Below, in pieces: positions 26,384 to 36,390 of a stretch of DNA of 62,812 nt. The position numbers and the translations under genes are program-made. The number at the start of each line of letters is the position of its first letter. Position 1 is the first letter of the stretch. Origin of the DNA: a virus; IMG/VR virus record IMGVR_UViG_3300019458_000022. One strand, written 5' to 3'. Under the pieces are notes generated by a model. It was given only the letters and a program-made list of their open reading frames with translations, was not told where the DNA came from and did not search any database.

Positions 26384-26701
26384 ATGGACGTTCGCGACCC
26401 CTTCAAGGAAAAGGTCAGGAACATCATCCTCGACAGGCTCCAAACGAACCTGAACATGGCCAAGGAGGAGGCCGAGCGGATCTCCGACATCCTTTGGGAG
26501 CCGATCTGGAGGCTCGGGGTCCAGGAGTACATCCACGGCGCGCGGGAATCGTCGCACCTCTACCAGGCGATCAAGAAGGGCCTCAAGGCCGAGGCAGAAA
26601 TCGACGTGATCGAGGAGATCCTCAAGCTGCCGCTCTGCGCTCCGTGCCGGAGGATGATCGAGGCGCCGGAGCTTCCCGGTGAACAGCAGATGCCGCCATG
26701 A
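26384..26701 (+). CDS. hypothetical protein
   Basis: ATGA-coupled to the next gene. Confidence 0.65.
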   Translation: MDVRDPFKEKVRNIILDRLQTNLNMAKEEAERISDILWEPIWRLGVQEYIHGARESSHLYQAIKKGLKAEAEIDVIEEILKLPLCAPCRRMIEAPELPGEQQMPP

Positions 26702-27177
26702 GAACCGCGCTCGAACGCCAGGCTTCCTACTACGCGAAGCTATTCGCCGACTTCATGATCGGGGACGCCCATCTGGCCACCCAGAAAATCTGGCGGCTGC
26801 TCGAACGGGAAACCTTCTTCCTCTTCGCTAAACTGGGCGACAAGGAATACGAAGCCTTGTACGCAAAGCTCGTAGCGGCCATGGAAAGGACGATTTTCGA
26901 CTTCTTCGACCCGCTCGGCATCGGTTCCGGGGATGAAGTGCGCCGCTACGCTTCCGAGCACGCGAAACTCTTCGCGTTTACGCTCATCGGCGACGACGAG
27001 GTCTCAGCCTTCGTGGCTTTCGGAAATCTCGCCGAGAAGATGTACCTCGGTCTTCCGAAGCCCTTGATGGAGAGCTTCGACGAGCACCATGACCGGTTGA
27101 GGGAGGCGCTTTACGAAACAATCGTAGGCGTCGTCCATGGCGCCGGTTACGGTGGACGCAAGAGGTGGAAGCCGTGA
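26698..27177 (+). CDS. hypothetical protein, C-terminal RKRW
   Basis: Ends GGRKRWKP. Confidence 0.65.
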   Translation: MRTALERQASYYAKLFADFMIGDAHLATQKIWRLLERETFFLFAKLGDKEYEALYAKLVAAMERTIFDFFDPLGIGSGDEVRRYASEHAKLFAFTLIGDDEVSAFVAFGNLAEKMYLGLPKPLMESFDEHHDRLREALYETIVGVVHGAGYGGRKRWKP

Positions 27178-27198
27178 AGCGGTTCGGCGAGTGATTCC

Positions 27199-27801
27199 TC
27201 AGGACGCCGTAACCTTCTTCAGGTGCTTCCCGGCCCAGTCCCACCTCTTCCGGAACCGCTCGATCACGCGCTTACGGATCTCGGGAAAGGAACCGCGCTG
27301 GGCGATCCGTTCATAGAGATCGGACCTCGGCTTTCCGGAGAGCCCTTCGGATGCGCCGATCGACTCCAGGTACTCATAGGCTTCGGCCCTCCAGAGGAGC
27401 ATGGAAAGGGCCAGGATGTCGGGCGACGGGTTCCGGACGGCTTTCCGGTGCGGGACAAGCCGGACGGCCCTTGGGCCCGTCTCGGCGACCGTGATTCCCC
27501 ACCATCCGGGCACGAGCTTTGAGGCGCGTTCCAGGTGGTTTCGGGTCAGGACGATGCTCACCCGGTCGCAGACGCGGCTGTAGACCTCGGCCTGGTCAGG
27601 GAGCCTCCCGAGGTCGTCGGTCTCGCCCTTGATCTCGTAGCCGTGCAGGTAGCGGCTGGCGACCAGGAGGTCGATCCGCGTTTCCCCGTGCAGAAGGCCG
27701 ACCTCGTCCAGGACGAGCGCGGTGTCCACGCGACGCCGCAGGATCGACTTGCGCAGGACCGAGCGGATCTTCTGGTCGAGCAGCCGCTTAGGCTTCGGCA
27801 C
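27199..27801 (-). CDS. sce7726-family PD-(D/E)XK protein, C-terminal RKRW
   Basis: DEVG...RIDL....LHGYEIK.E.D.L.RL..Q..VY. Confidence 0.75.
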   Translation of the reverse strand: MPKPKRLLDQKIRSVLRKSILRRRVDTALVLDEVGLLHGETRIDLLVASRYLHGYEIKGETDDLGRLPDQAEVYSRVCDRVSIVLTRNHLERASKLVPGWWGITVAETGPRAVRLVPHRKAVRNPSPDILALSMLLWRAEAYEYLESIGASEGLSGKPRSDLYERIAQRGSFPEIRKRVIERFRKRWDWAGKHLKKVTAS

Positions 27802-28109
27802 GCAGGCGCTCCATCGCCGGAGGCCAGCAGGTCCGGCAGTAGTTCTGGTTGCAAAAGACGCGGCCGATGTCCTTCCGCGGGAATCGCCGCTTGCAGCCGT
27901 TGCAGGTGTACTGCCTTCTCCTCTTCCTGGTCACCGGTCACTCCTCGATCCTGAGCCGAACAGCGCGTTTTGGACGCCATCGCTTCGAGCGCGGCTTGAG
28001 CGGGACGATCCAGACGTGGGCATAGTAGTCCTCGTCGCCCTCGTGCTTCGGAGGACCCCCGAGAACGTCGATGCAGTTCCTGGGCTCGCCGCTCACCAGA
28101 GTATTCCAT

Positions 28110-28331
28110 GAACGCCATCGAGAGCTTGAACTTCCAGGCTTGTTCAACGCGGTCCCCCCTGATGATTCTGCGTTGTGCTTCCCGTACGTCCGCGTCCCTT
28201 ACGTCATTGGAGCCATCAAGCCTTGCGTACATGTTGGCCTGGTGGATAAGGGCTTCCTTGAACAGCGCCCCTACTTCGTCACGCTCCTTGTTCGCATTCT
28301 CAGACCATTTAGGAAGTGGGGCGTCGGTCAT
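28110..28331 (-). CDS. histone-fold-like protein (3' end probably truncated at the insertion boundary)
   Basis: LIHQANMYARLDGSNDVRDADVREA resembles histone-fold alpha2-L2-alpha3. Confidence 0.4.
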
Positions 28332-28337
28332 GGTGGC

Positions 28338-28634
28338 CTAGACGGCTCCCATGCTTGCAAGTAGTTCGCGCAGATTCGTTAAAATGTTGTCCCTGGACAA
28401 AACCTCTTCCTTTGGACGATCTCTCCGCGATTCTGCCAGTTTCTTTCCCAACTCAAGCATCGCAGCCTCAATGGCAGCGGCGACATCCTTCTCGGAGATC
28501 ACAGGGTTGTCCGTTTCGACAGCGTGCTTTCGAGCAATCCCCTTCACAAGTTTGACGAATGCATCCCCAACAGAATCGCTCAGAGTCAATGCCTGCAAGT
28601 CCCAACGCAAATCACTAGTCGTCAACGTGTTCAT
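28338..28634 (-). CDS. histone-fold-like protein
   Basis: LVKGIARKHAVETDNPVISEKDVAAAI. Confidence 0.4.
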   Translation of the reverse strand: MNTLTTSDLRWDLQALTLSDSVGDAFVKLVKGIARKHAVETDNPVISEKDVAAAIEAAMLELGKKLAESRRDRPKEEVLSRDNILTNLRELLASMGAV

Positions 28635-28993
28635 GGCTCGCACACCCGTTCGTGGTAACATGGCCCGGTATACATGGCGTTAGGTTCAGCCACTCTAACC
28701 ATTGAACTGAACTTCTTGCCCTTCCAATCCATCTTCCGGGCGCCTCCTGAGGTGCGCTGTTGGTTGGGCGTGGACAACCATATCTACAACCTTCACAAAC
28801 ACACCCTCCGGGAAAAAGCAAGGTAGCCCTTCTGGCATTTGCCGCATCTGTTCGCGGATCTCGTGTTCGCGTGCCATGGCGCTCCTCCACTGCTCGTTGC
28901 ACATATGTTAACATCTGCTCAAGGTTTCCGCAAAGCCGTTTCGCCAGAGAGTCCCCTCGCCCGTTCCTACCCATTGTGGTACTATGGGTTGAA

Positions 28994-29019
28994 CTGACTC
29001 AAAGGGATAATTCCGTTCC
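28994..29019. repeat. third copy of the TIR
   Basis: CTGACTCAAAGGGATAATTCCGTTCC is the reverse complement of 21449-21474. Confidence 0.85.
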
Positions 29020-29278
29020 TTGAAAGCCTCGACACGAATCCTCCATCCTCCGCTTCCGATCAGGGTTCGCGGATCGACCGCAACAAGCGGGATCGGTTCC
29101 CCGTTTTCCAGGGCCGCGGCGGCGTGTTGAGGGTGGACTTCCAGCTTTCGGGACAGGCAATCGGCAAGGTCGATCTGGGTCCAGCGCTCCAGGTTCTGAT
29201 AGGGAATGGCAGCGACATCGCGTTTCCGGAAAGGACGCATCGGTTTCGCCGGATACCAGAGGAGGACGTCCTCCGCGC

Positions 29279-29809
29279 TCATCTTCCCGCCTCCTCTTCT
29301 AGATCCTCCTCGGTGAGGACATAAAGCGACTCTCCCGGAATCCGCCGTCCGACCGTGATGAGCCCCCAGCCGTAGGCGTGGTCCGGGAACATGAAACCGG
29401 ACATCTTCTCGACGTCCTCCAGACGGATCTCGATGACGACGCCTCCGAAGTCGAGCGCCCCTTTCACCTCTTCCGAGACCCAGGTCATGTATGCGTTCGG
29501 ATACTGGTCCTTGAACGCCGCAAGAACCCCGTCGTCCCAGCCCATCGGGATGCGCATGTAGGGCGGCCTCCCGAAACGCTCCATCACCGCTTCCTGGTGC
29601 GCGTCGTCGAGAAGGCAGAAGAGATACCAGGTGTGGTGCTCGTAGCCGCCCAAGGCCATCCACTTCGAGACGTGTTCTCCAAGCCCGTCTTTCTTGATCG
29701 AGGCGATCTGCCGCGGAGACGTCCCGTGGTAGGCGATGAAGCCTATGATGTCGGTGAGTCTGGAGAGCGGCCAGACGTCGGAGGCGCAGTCGGGATGCAC
29801 TAGAACCAC
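29279..29809 (-). CDS. ADP-ribosyltransferase-like protein
   Basis: AYHGTS...SIKKDGL...ALDFGGVVIEI. Confidence 0.55.
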   Translation of the reverse strand: MVLVHPDCASDVWPLSRLTDIIGFIAYHGTSPRQIASIKKDGLGEHVSKWMALGGYEHHTWYLFCLLDDAHQEAVMERFGRPPYMRIPMGWDDGVLAAFKDQYPNAYMTWVSEEVKGALDFGGVVIEIRLEDVEKMSGFMFPDHAYGWGLITVGRRIPGESLYVLTEEDLEEEAGR

Positions 29810-30060
29810 CTCTTCCGGAACATCCGGAACTCCTCGGGATGGTTCTCGCGGACCTCGTCCAGGAATTCGCGGAACTCGTAGACGAGTTCGCCGACCGGAG
29901 TCATATCGAAACTCGCGACGCGACCCGCTTTTTCGGCCTCTCCGAGGAAACCGCGGACTCTCTGGACTTCTTCCCGGTCCATGTTCACGAAGTAGTTCGT
30001 CGTGTACCTTCTCCCTTCGAAGGTCCAGGTGACATCGACGAAGTAGACCATCGGTTCCAT
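29800..30060 (-). CDS. hypothetical protein, C-terminal RKRW
   Basis: Ends FRKRWF. Confidence 0.65.
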   Translation of the reverse strand: MEPMVYFVDVTWTFEGRRYTTNYFVNMDREEVQRVRGFLGEAEKAGRVASFDMTPVGELVYEFREFLDEVRENHPEEFRMFRKRWF

Positions 30061-30307
30061 CGTCAGGCGTCCTTCTTCCTGATGTCCGATTGCATGAATC
30101 GGGAGATGCAAGGCACGGGAAAAGGGCCGTATCTGGAGTCCGCGGGGTCCGGGAGCACCGCGACCACCGCGATCTCCGTGACGCACTCGATCATGAGGAA
30201 TTCCTCAGGATGAAGTTGCCCGTCGATCCCCAAGCCTCCTCGGCAACGATGCCATTCGCCGCAGTACGGGCATCGTACGAGATCCCCCTCGGATACGTCC
30301 ACATAGT

Positions 30308-30715
30308 TCATGCTCGAAGAACGACATTCTTTCGGTACCTCGGGAGATCCCGGTACCTCCCGACGACGACCGCCGGGAGCCTTTCATCGACCTCATCCGA
30401 GAACTGATCCGCCGTGATGTCGAGAAGGAAGCCTTCGGCCTCGACCCAGTAGTGGAGCGGATGGTAGATCGCGAACTCCATCGCCTCGGGGCTCTTGAAA
30501 TCCGATGGGTCCCATTCGTCGTAGAACTCCCAGTTCGGGTTGTCGATCGCAAACGTACCCCGGATCACCTTCGCCCTGTAGCCTTTCTGGGCCAGCCGCT
30601 CGGAGAGGGCCTTGGACACCTCCAAGCATTGTGCGCAGAGGTCGCCTTCCTTTCTGAGAAGCTCGTTACGGACGCTCCGAGCGATCCTGACCAGGCGTTC
30701 GTGAAGCGACGGCAC
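30308..30715 (-). CDS. transglutaminase/papain-like protein
   Basis: QCLEVS...HYWVE....LDITADQF. Confidence 0.65.
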   Translation of the reverse strand: MPSLHERLVRIARSVRNELLRKEGDLCAQCLEVSKALSERLAQKGYRAKVIRGTFAIDNPNWEFYDEWDPSDFKSPEAMEFAIYHPLHYWVEAEGFLLDITADQFSDEVDERLPAVVVGRYRDLPRYRKNVVLRA

Positions 30716-30727
30716 ACCGGCTTCCTC

Positions 30728-31207
30728 TCATCTTCCGAGAAATCTCAGGACCACGAGCGCATCCTGGGGCGCCTCCTTCGGATCTTCCTCGATCATATGG
30801 AAGTCCATGCGGTCGCCGACCGCCTGCTCGACCCAGGCGATCCACTGGTCGCGAAGGAATCGGCCGGTGTCCGGCGCCATGCCGATCGGCACCTGGAAGC
30901 TCACGAGAACGCGCCCTTGGCGTTCCCAATCGGGCTGCGCGCGCCCCCATCTCTTCCTCGATCCCATGACCGGAACGTGGCGATCCCTCATCACTCCGGT
31001 GACGGTAAATACCCGGCCAGGATCGACCTCGCGCACGGCCGGGGCGATCTTCTTCCAAAGCTCGACGATACTCTGTTCTTCTGGAGTCAGGTTCTTGACC
31101 ACCCCCCGCTGGTGCGCGTAACCGAGGAGGAACCTCTCAAACCCCGCGTCGGTGTCAGTCGTGATCATCGCGCCTTCCGGACTTACGATAAATTCGTAAA
31201 GGGACAC
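30728..31207 (-). CDS. hypothetical protein, internal RKRW
   Basis: MGSRKRWG; SD AAGGA. Confidence 0.6.
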   Translation of the reverse strand: MSLYEFIVSPEGAMITTDTDAGFERFLLGYAHQRGVVKNLTPEEQSIVELWKKIAPAVREVDPGRVFTVTGVMRDRHVPVMGSRKRWGRAQPDWERQGRVLVSFQVPIGMAPDTGRFLRDQWIAWVEQAVGDRMDFHMIEEDPKEAPQDALVVLRFLGR

Positions 31208-31470
31208 GGCTGGTTCCTTACGCCGTCCGGCTCGTCTTCCGCTTAATGGCGGCGAAGACCGCGGAACCCGCCATGCTTCCACCGGCTCCGATCAGGAAGC
31301 TCTTCAGGGCTCCTTCCTTCAGGAAAATGGCCGACGTGATGGCGAGCGTCGTGCCTCCGACAAGGCCCAGGATCTCCTCGATCGTGGCAAGCGGGATCGC
31401 GCCGACCTCGGCCTGTGAGAGGGTCCGCGTGGTCCTGCGTTCGGAGATGTCGTAGATCATGAGGACCACC

Positions 31471-31923
31471 TCATTCTCTCATGCCGGAAAGACTGCACCA
31501 GGCCGATTCAATGAGATCCTCAACGCGCTCTATTTCAGACTCCAGTTCGGGACTTCCAACCTCTCCAAAGAACGTCACAGCGTCCGTTCCACTAAGAGCA
31601 TCATTCCCGTCTGTACGACGAACCCGCGCGGAACCTCCTTCATCAGTGTCCACCCAGGAAAGGAGATTGTGTCTTGACGTTATCCCGGAGCCGTCAAGGA
31701 ACGTTCCGTTATGAAGCAAGGCGACGTGGTAGTACATGTGCGCGGCGTATTTTGCCTCCATTCGTGGATTATATGCGCCCATGAAGACTCTTTGATCGTC
31801 GCGACCCCCAAGAAACCGATTCAAGGCCACGGCGAAGATCGCGCAGCCTTCGTCGAAACACTCGATTTTTCCGCTCTCACATACGGCGACAATGGCCTGG
31901 AGCAACCGGTGATCTATTGTCAT
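31471..31923 (-). CDS. papain-like fold protein
   Basis: GCAIFAVAL...HVAL....FLDGSG. Confidence 0.6.
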   Translation of the reverse strand: MTIDHRLLQAIVAVCESGKIECFDEGCAIFAVALNRFLGGRDDQRVFMGAYNPRMEAKYAAHMYYHVALLHNGTFLDGSGITSRHNLLSWVDTDEGGSARVRRTDGNDALSGTDAVTFFGEVGSPELESEIERVEDLIESAWCSLSGMRE

Positions 31924-32363
31924 ATCTTGCGTATCGTCTCTCGTACGTTCGGATGAAGCGGCTCGGGAAGATCATCGGGATCGAACCAGCCCCAGTCATC
32001 GTTCTCCCAGTTGAGCTTTGGACGCCATTTCTGAGCGTTTGTCGTGCTCATCCGGACGATGAAGGTCCAGTATTCGAATCCGCCCGAACGGTAGACGTCG
32101 TGCGCGACGGCCTTGACCGGAGGCAGCGACCCCATTTCCTCGACGGTCTCGGCGATTGCCGCATCGAGCGGGTCCTCGCCGGGCTCGATCCGTCCTCCTG
32201 GGACGCCCCAGACGCCCGGGTCCAGCACCTCCTCGGAGCGCTTGGCGAGAAGGATCTTCCCGTCGCCGCGCACGATGAGAAGCCCGGCGGCGCGCCGCCC
32301 CCAGCGAACGCGCCCGGCCGCGTCCACCGATAGCTCCTCATCTGGACCGGAGAAATACGGCAT
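31920..32363 (-). CDS. NUDIX hydrolase
   Basis: WGVPGGRIEPGE...AAIAETVEEMG Nudix box. Confidence 0.88.
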   Translation of the reverse strand: MPYFSGPDEELSVDAAGRVRWGRRAAGLLIVRGDGKILLAKRSEEVLDPGVWGVPGGRIEPGEDPLDAAIAETVEEMGSLPPVKAVAHDVYRSGGFEYWTFIVRMSTTNAQKWRPKLNWENDDWGWFDPDDLPEPLHPNVRETIRKI

Positions 32364-32364
32364 C

Positions 32365-32943
32365 CTAGAGGAACCTCCCCTCGATCTGGTGGCCGCGGTT
32401 GAGGAGTTCCCAGTCGATGGTCTCGGGGTCCATCTCGGCGATCACCGGTACGATGCCACGTTCATTCGGAGGCGCCAGCCACGCGCGTTCCGGGACCATC
32501 TCAGCCCTGAAAAAGACTTTCGCCCGCAGCCATCCGTCCTCGCCGACGCGGAGGTCTGGGGTGTGCTCGGGACCGACCGTAAGCCCGGAGGCCGAAGCCT
32601 GTTCCCCGGCGATGTAGTAGGCGTTCGGCTCGAAGAAGCTTTCGCCCCAGACGAAGGGAAGCAGGAACCGGTATCCGGCGTTGACCGCGCGGACGACATC
32701 CTCCGGGGTCCACATCTCCGGCCGGGGGATGTTCGGGGGCAGCGGCACATCCGGAAGAGCGCCGAGGCCAGCTTGTTCAAAGACCTCGCCCGTTTGGAGG
32801 TCGATGCCGAAACCATCCCTCGTCACGGAACCGGCCGGGAATCGGGTCCTCGGAAAGTGCTCGCCCTTCCACTCCCAAAGGCCGTAGGATCTTCCGAAGG
32901 GTTTTTTGATGTAAAGAGGACGCGCGTGTCCGATTTTTATCAT
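32365..32943 (-). CDS. hypothetical protein
   Basis: 192-aa ORF in a chain. Confidence 0.6.
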   Translation of the reverse strand: MIKIGHARPLYIKKPFGRSYGLWEWKGEHFPRTRFPAGSVTRDGFGIDLQTGEVFEQAGLGALPDVPLPPNIPRPEMWTPEDVVRAVNAGYRFLLPFVWGESFFEPNAYYIAGEQASASGLTVGPEHTPDLRVGEDGWLRAKVFFRAEMVPERAWLAPPNERGIVPVIAEMDPETIDWELLNRGHQIEGRFL

Positions 32944-32961
32944 CGCTCTATTCCTTCACCC

Positions 32962-33372
32962 TCAAGCCTCCGGCCACCAACGCTTTCGGGCAAGCACTTC
33001 CTCGTACTCCTTGAAATTCTCACCCGTTGTCAGACTCTCCCAGAGATCCCACGAGCCGTCCTGTTCTTCTTCCAGATCGTAGAAGATCCGGACGGTCCCA
33101 TATGGACCACGTCCAAAAAGCCCTGAGTCCGCAAGCCTATCCTCGAAACGCTCACGCCAAAGAGCGGCTTCTCTCGGAGTTCTTACGTACCTCCTGAAGA
33201 CGATGGTCTGCTCTTGCAGTCCCTCCACCTCACGATGCGACGCTTCGTCGTCGTCGATGCCATACTCAACTTCGTCCCAGAGTCCAGGTCCGAGTACAGA
33301 TGAGATCCGACGATCGAAAGCCGCCGGGTCGCCTACACCGCTCACTCCGTAGATGATCCGCAACCTGCCCAT
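32962..33372 (-). CDS. hypothetical protein, C-terminal RKRW
   Basis: Ends LARKRWWPEA. Confidence 0.65.
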   Translation of the reverse strand: MGRLRIIYGVSGVGDPAAFDRRISSVLGPGLWDEVEYGIDDDEASHREVEGLQEQTIVFRRYVRTPREAALWRERFEDRLADSGLFGRGPYGTVRIFYDLEEEQDGSWDLWESLTTGENFKEYEEVLARKRWWPEA

Positions 33373-33378
33373 GCCCTG

Positions 33379-33690
33379 CTACTCCCGGAGCGTTTCCATG
33401 TAGTGCTCGGCCAATTCGATCCAGTCGATTTCCTCGAACGCGGAGTTGAGGAGGGACGACCACGGACCCTCAAGTTCCGGCATTTCCTCCTCGAACCACT
33501 CCTTGAGCGCGTCGGCCGTGGCAAGCTTCGCCTCGGTGATGCCGCTCTCATCCCAGCGTTTCCTAGCGCCGCGGACTCCCCGAATGGCCTCCTGGACCGT
33601 GGAAAGTGCAGTCTCGTAGTAGTTCCGGTCGTTGTCGATGAAGAGGGCCATCGAGAACGTCTCGTAGTTCTTCCAACCCTGGTAGCTCAT
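33379..33690 (-). CDS. conserved phage-type acidic protein (YxGWxNYET), internal RKRW
   Basis: MSYQGWKNYET...IDND...IDW.ELAEH. Confidence 0.7.
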   Translation of the reverse strand: MSYQGWKNYETFSMALFIDNDRNYYETALSTVQEAIRGVRGARKRWDESGITEAKLATADALKEWFEEEMPELEGPWSSLLNSAFEEIDWIELAEHYMETLRE

Positions 33691-34469
33691 GCCGACTTCT
33701 CCAGTTGCTCTGCGCTCACGGTCGCCAGGAGGTCCCGGGTCAGCACCGACTCGACCGGGATGATCGCCCCCGCCACGAGCGGGCGGTAGGTCTCGTGGAC
33801 CGGGACCTTTTCCATTTCGAGGTCCCACTGCCGCTCGACTCCTTGAAGGCCGTAGACGTCGATCCCGAGGAGCTTGGGCGCCACGAATTCCCCTCCCTGG
33901 AAGACGTCCGGATAGTAGAGCGCCTTGTAACCGAGGTTCACGGCGGCACGCTGGACGGCCGGGGCGTCGGCGAAGATGAAGGTGTCGGCTATCAGACGAT
34001 CGGCCTCCTGCTCCACTTCTTTCTTGTCGGAGATCCCTTCCAGTTCCCACTTCAACTCGCTGATGGCCATCTTCGGGTCCATGAGGCTGAAGGGGATGTC
34101 CTCCTCTTCGATGCCTTCTACCCTGTACGAGAATTCGCCGCCCTTGGCGCGGCCGATCAGGCGGTTGTGGAGATATTGGAGGATCTTGAGCATTTCGTCG
34201 TGGTCGAGGCCGCCCCGTACCCCGTATTTCAGCGCCCGGAGGATCTGGAGGAAGGAGTCGTGGTTGTCGCTCGAAAGCTCCAGGATCTTATCGGTATTGA
34301 GCCTGGCGATGTGGACCGTCGAGGTCGGGAGAAATGAGGCTTCCCGCTGGCCCCAGACGTCAGGAGGCCGGAACGACCAGATGATCGCGACGGGAAGCGA
34401 CGGCGTGTACGAGACGCTCTTCCGAACGCCCTTCACTTCTTCCCTCCGGGTCCCGCGGTAAAGTTCCAT
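33687..34469 (-). CDS. ADP-ribosyltransferase-like protein
   Basis: LYRGT...SYTPS..VA. Confidence 0.5.
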   Translation of the reverse strand: MELYRGTRREEVKGVRKSVSYTPSLPVAIIWSFRPPDVWGQREASFLPTSTVHIARLNTDKILELSSDNHDSFLQILRALKYGVRGGLDHDEMLKILQYLHNRLIGRAKGGEFSYRVEGIEEEDIPFSLMDPKMAISELKWELEGISDKKEVEQEADRLIADTFIFADAPAVQRAAVNLGYKALYYPDVFQGGEFVAPKLLGIDVYGLQGVERQWDLEMEKVPVHETYRPLVAGAIIPVESVLTRDLLATVSAEQLEKSA

Positions 34470-34481
34470 AGATGGTATGGT

Positions 34482-34919
34482 CTATTCTCCCACCTCCGAC
34501 ACCCATTCCTCGCTGCCTCCATGATAGGCGAGGTAGGCGATCGCCGCGTCCTTCACGGCTTCCCAGATGTCGTGGCGCCCCATCTTGATCAGGTCTTCAA
34601 GGCTCACCCCAATGTCCCCGGAATACGATTGGCGGTGCTTGGCTTTTGGGTCCATGACGTCCCTGAGATCGACTGAGGCCCCTATCTTGAGGACCGGATT
34701 CTCCTTCCAGTCCTCCAGATAAGCCTCGTCGTCCGGGGGTTCCGTCATGTCCCACTGCACGATCGTGACTTCCCCGCCGGACAGCTTGATGCCGAGACCG
34801 TGTTCCGGGTCCTTGTCCTGGTCCTCCCCGTAATAGGAGAACTCCAGGTCCGAGATGAACTCGTCCATGTCCTCGCGCGGGATCTCTCCCTCGGGCCACC
34901 AGCGCTTCTTCCAGATCAC
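34482..34919 (-). CDS. hypothetical protein, N-terminal WKKRWW
   Basis: MIWKKRWWPEG. Confidence 0.65.
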   Translation of the reverse strand: MIWKKRWWPEGEIPREDMDEFISDLEFSYYGEDQDKDPEHGLGIKLSGGEVTIVQWDMTEPPDDEAYLEDWKENPVLKIGASVDLRDVMDPKAKHRQSYSGDIGVSLEDLIKMGRHDIWEAVKDAAIAYLAYHGGSEEWVSEVGE

Positions 34920-35555
34920 TTAGAGGAAACTCCCGTCTTCGTCGAACTCGTATTCGTTCGCGATGATGTTTTCGGTAATATCCTGGTCGCTCTCCCTGTA
35001 GTCGATGTTCTCGTAACCGGATTTTTCCAGTCGCTTCGAAACGTCCTTCACCTGATCCTGGAGATGGGCCATTAGCTCTCGCGCCATCCGTTCGATCGCG
35101 ACCGGCCCGAGGCGGATGGGCCAGCGTTTCCTGCCGCCGACACGGGGTTCCCCGTAAGTGTCCACCTCCGCGGTGACGACCATGGTGTTCCAGTGGTCAT
35201 ACATGTGGAATGCCTGCCGTTTTTCGATCGCGATCTCAATCCTGGCTTCATCGTTCTCGATCGCGGTAATGATCGGCTCGAATTTTGTGAGCGAGTTCTT
35301 CTGGATATAGTCTGCAAGGTCCACCTTCCCATAGAAGGCGACGCCGTCCCCAGAGCTATAGTCCAGGCGCCAGCGAATGTCCTCGGTCGGTAGGCCGAGC
35401 GCCTCCAGTTCCTCAGCGAAGAATTCACTGAGCATCTTGCTGTCTGCCTCGTCCCATGCCCAGCCTCGATCGCGATACTCCCGGATGGCCCTCTCCTTGG
35501 CTTCCGGAGAGAGTTCCGCGAACGTGTAGATCTCGATTTCTTCCTTTCTCGGCAT
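34920..35555 (-). CDS. conserved phage/ICE acidic protein, internal RKRW
   Basis: YTFAELSPEAKERAI...SGDGVAF...IIANEYEFDEDG. Confidence 0.7.
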   Translation of the reverse strand: MPRKEEIEIYTFAELSPEAKERAIREYRDRGWAWDEADSKMLSEFFAEELEALGLPTEDIRWRLDYSSGDGVAFYGKVDLADYIQKNSLTKFEPIITAIENDEARIEIAIEKRQAFHMYDHWNTMVVTAEVDTYGEPRVGGRKRWPIRLGPVAIERMARELMAHLQDQVKDVSKRLEKSGYENIDYRESDQDITENIIANEYEFDEDGSFL

Positions 35556-35809
35556 CAGGACGGGCGCCAGCGCTTGCCGCGACCGGTTCTCCGTTTGTGG
35601 ATTTTCCAGGCCCCCTGCTCGGTCGTCCATGTCCATTCTTCAAGGCGACGTTTCCAGCTATCCTCCTTCTCCACGTCGGCGACCATGGCGCCGGTGAGAC
35701 CGTGGATTCCGGTCTCTCCCTGGATTCCGGTCGCACCCTGAAGACCGGTGGCGCCTTGAGGTCCCGGTCCGATCGGAGGCGTGTACAGGAAGTCGCTCCT
35801 TCTCACCAT
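35555..35809 (-). CDS. short collagen-like repeat protein
   Basis: GPQGATGLQGATGIQGETGIHGLTGA; ends GKRWRPS. Confidence 0.55.
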   Translation of the reverse strand: MVRRSDFLYTPPIGPGPQGATGLQGATGIQGETGIHGLTGAMVADVEKEDSWKRRLEEWTWTTEQGAWKIHKRRTGRGKRWRPS

Positions 35810-35816
35810 CGCAGTC

Positions 35817-36275
35817 CTAGAAAAGATACTTCACAATCTCGTCCACGATCTGGCGCGCCTGGTACCTCGGAAGACCGCTGGTATTCGAGACCATCGCCAC
35901 AGTCTCGTCGTAATCCCGCCACGCCATGGCGTTCACCGTCTCTGTTTCCTCTAGAGAAACCTCGTGGTGGTCGATCCCTTCTCCGCGCTCGCCTCGGCCG
36001 AGCGCGACGACGGGGATGACGGCCACCCCTCGGTCCTCATCGACTTCCATCTCCTCCTTGAGAAGCGCCTTCGTGATCGAGAACACCTCCGGAACCTGGT
36101 AACGGAGCGGCGTCAATTCCCCGAGTTTCGCCATCGCCGACTCCAGTCCTTCCTCGGCCAGGGCCGACACGATGGTCCTGGCCAAGTCCGGCGTCACCGC
36201 ACGTTCGCTCACGAACGGCTCGATCACCCCATTCTTTTTCTCGAACGTGACGATCTTGAAGAGGATGTCGGCCAT
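35817..36275 (-). CDS. hypothetical protein
   Basis: 152-aa ORF with SD GGAG. Confidence 0.65.
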   Translation of the reverse strand: MADILFKIVTFEKKNGVIEPFVSERAVTPDLARTIVSALAEEGLESAMAKLGELTPLRYQVPEVFSITKALLKEEMEVDEDRGVAVIPVVALGRGERGEGIDHHEVSLEETETVNAMAWRDYDETVAMVSNTSGLPRYQARQIVDEIVKYLF

Positions 36276-36390
36276 TCATGAATGCTCCGCCTTCGAGTTT
36301 AGATGAAAGACTCCTGAGAATGAAAGCACCGTTAGACGACCGAACACGTCCCCGGCTTTCACATGTCTTCTGGCGTGCATAGGCGTTTTA

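Larger units (their letters stand above)
27938..29282 (-). pseudogene. gene split by an insertion of about 0.9 kb (N-part 29016-29282; C-part about 27938-28107)
   Basis: The N-part runs into the TIR at 29015; an orphan high-GC3 C-terminal frame ending KPRSKRWRPK lies past the low-GC insert. Confidence 0.5.
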
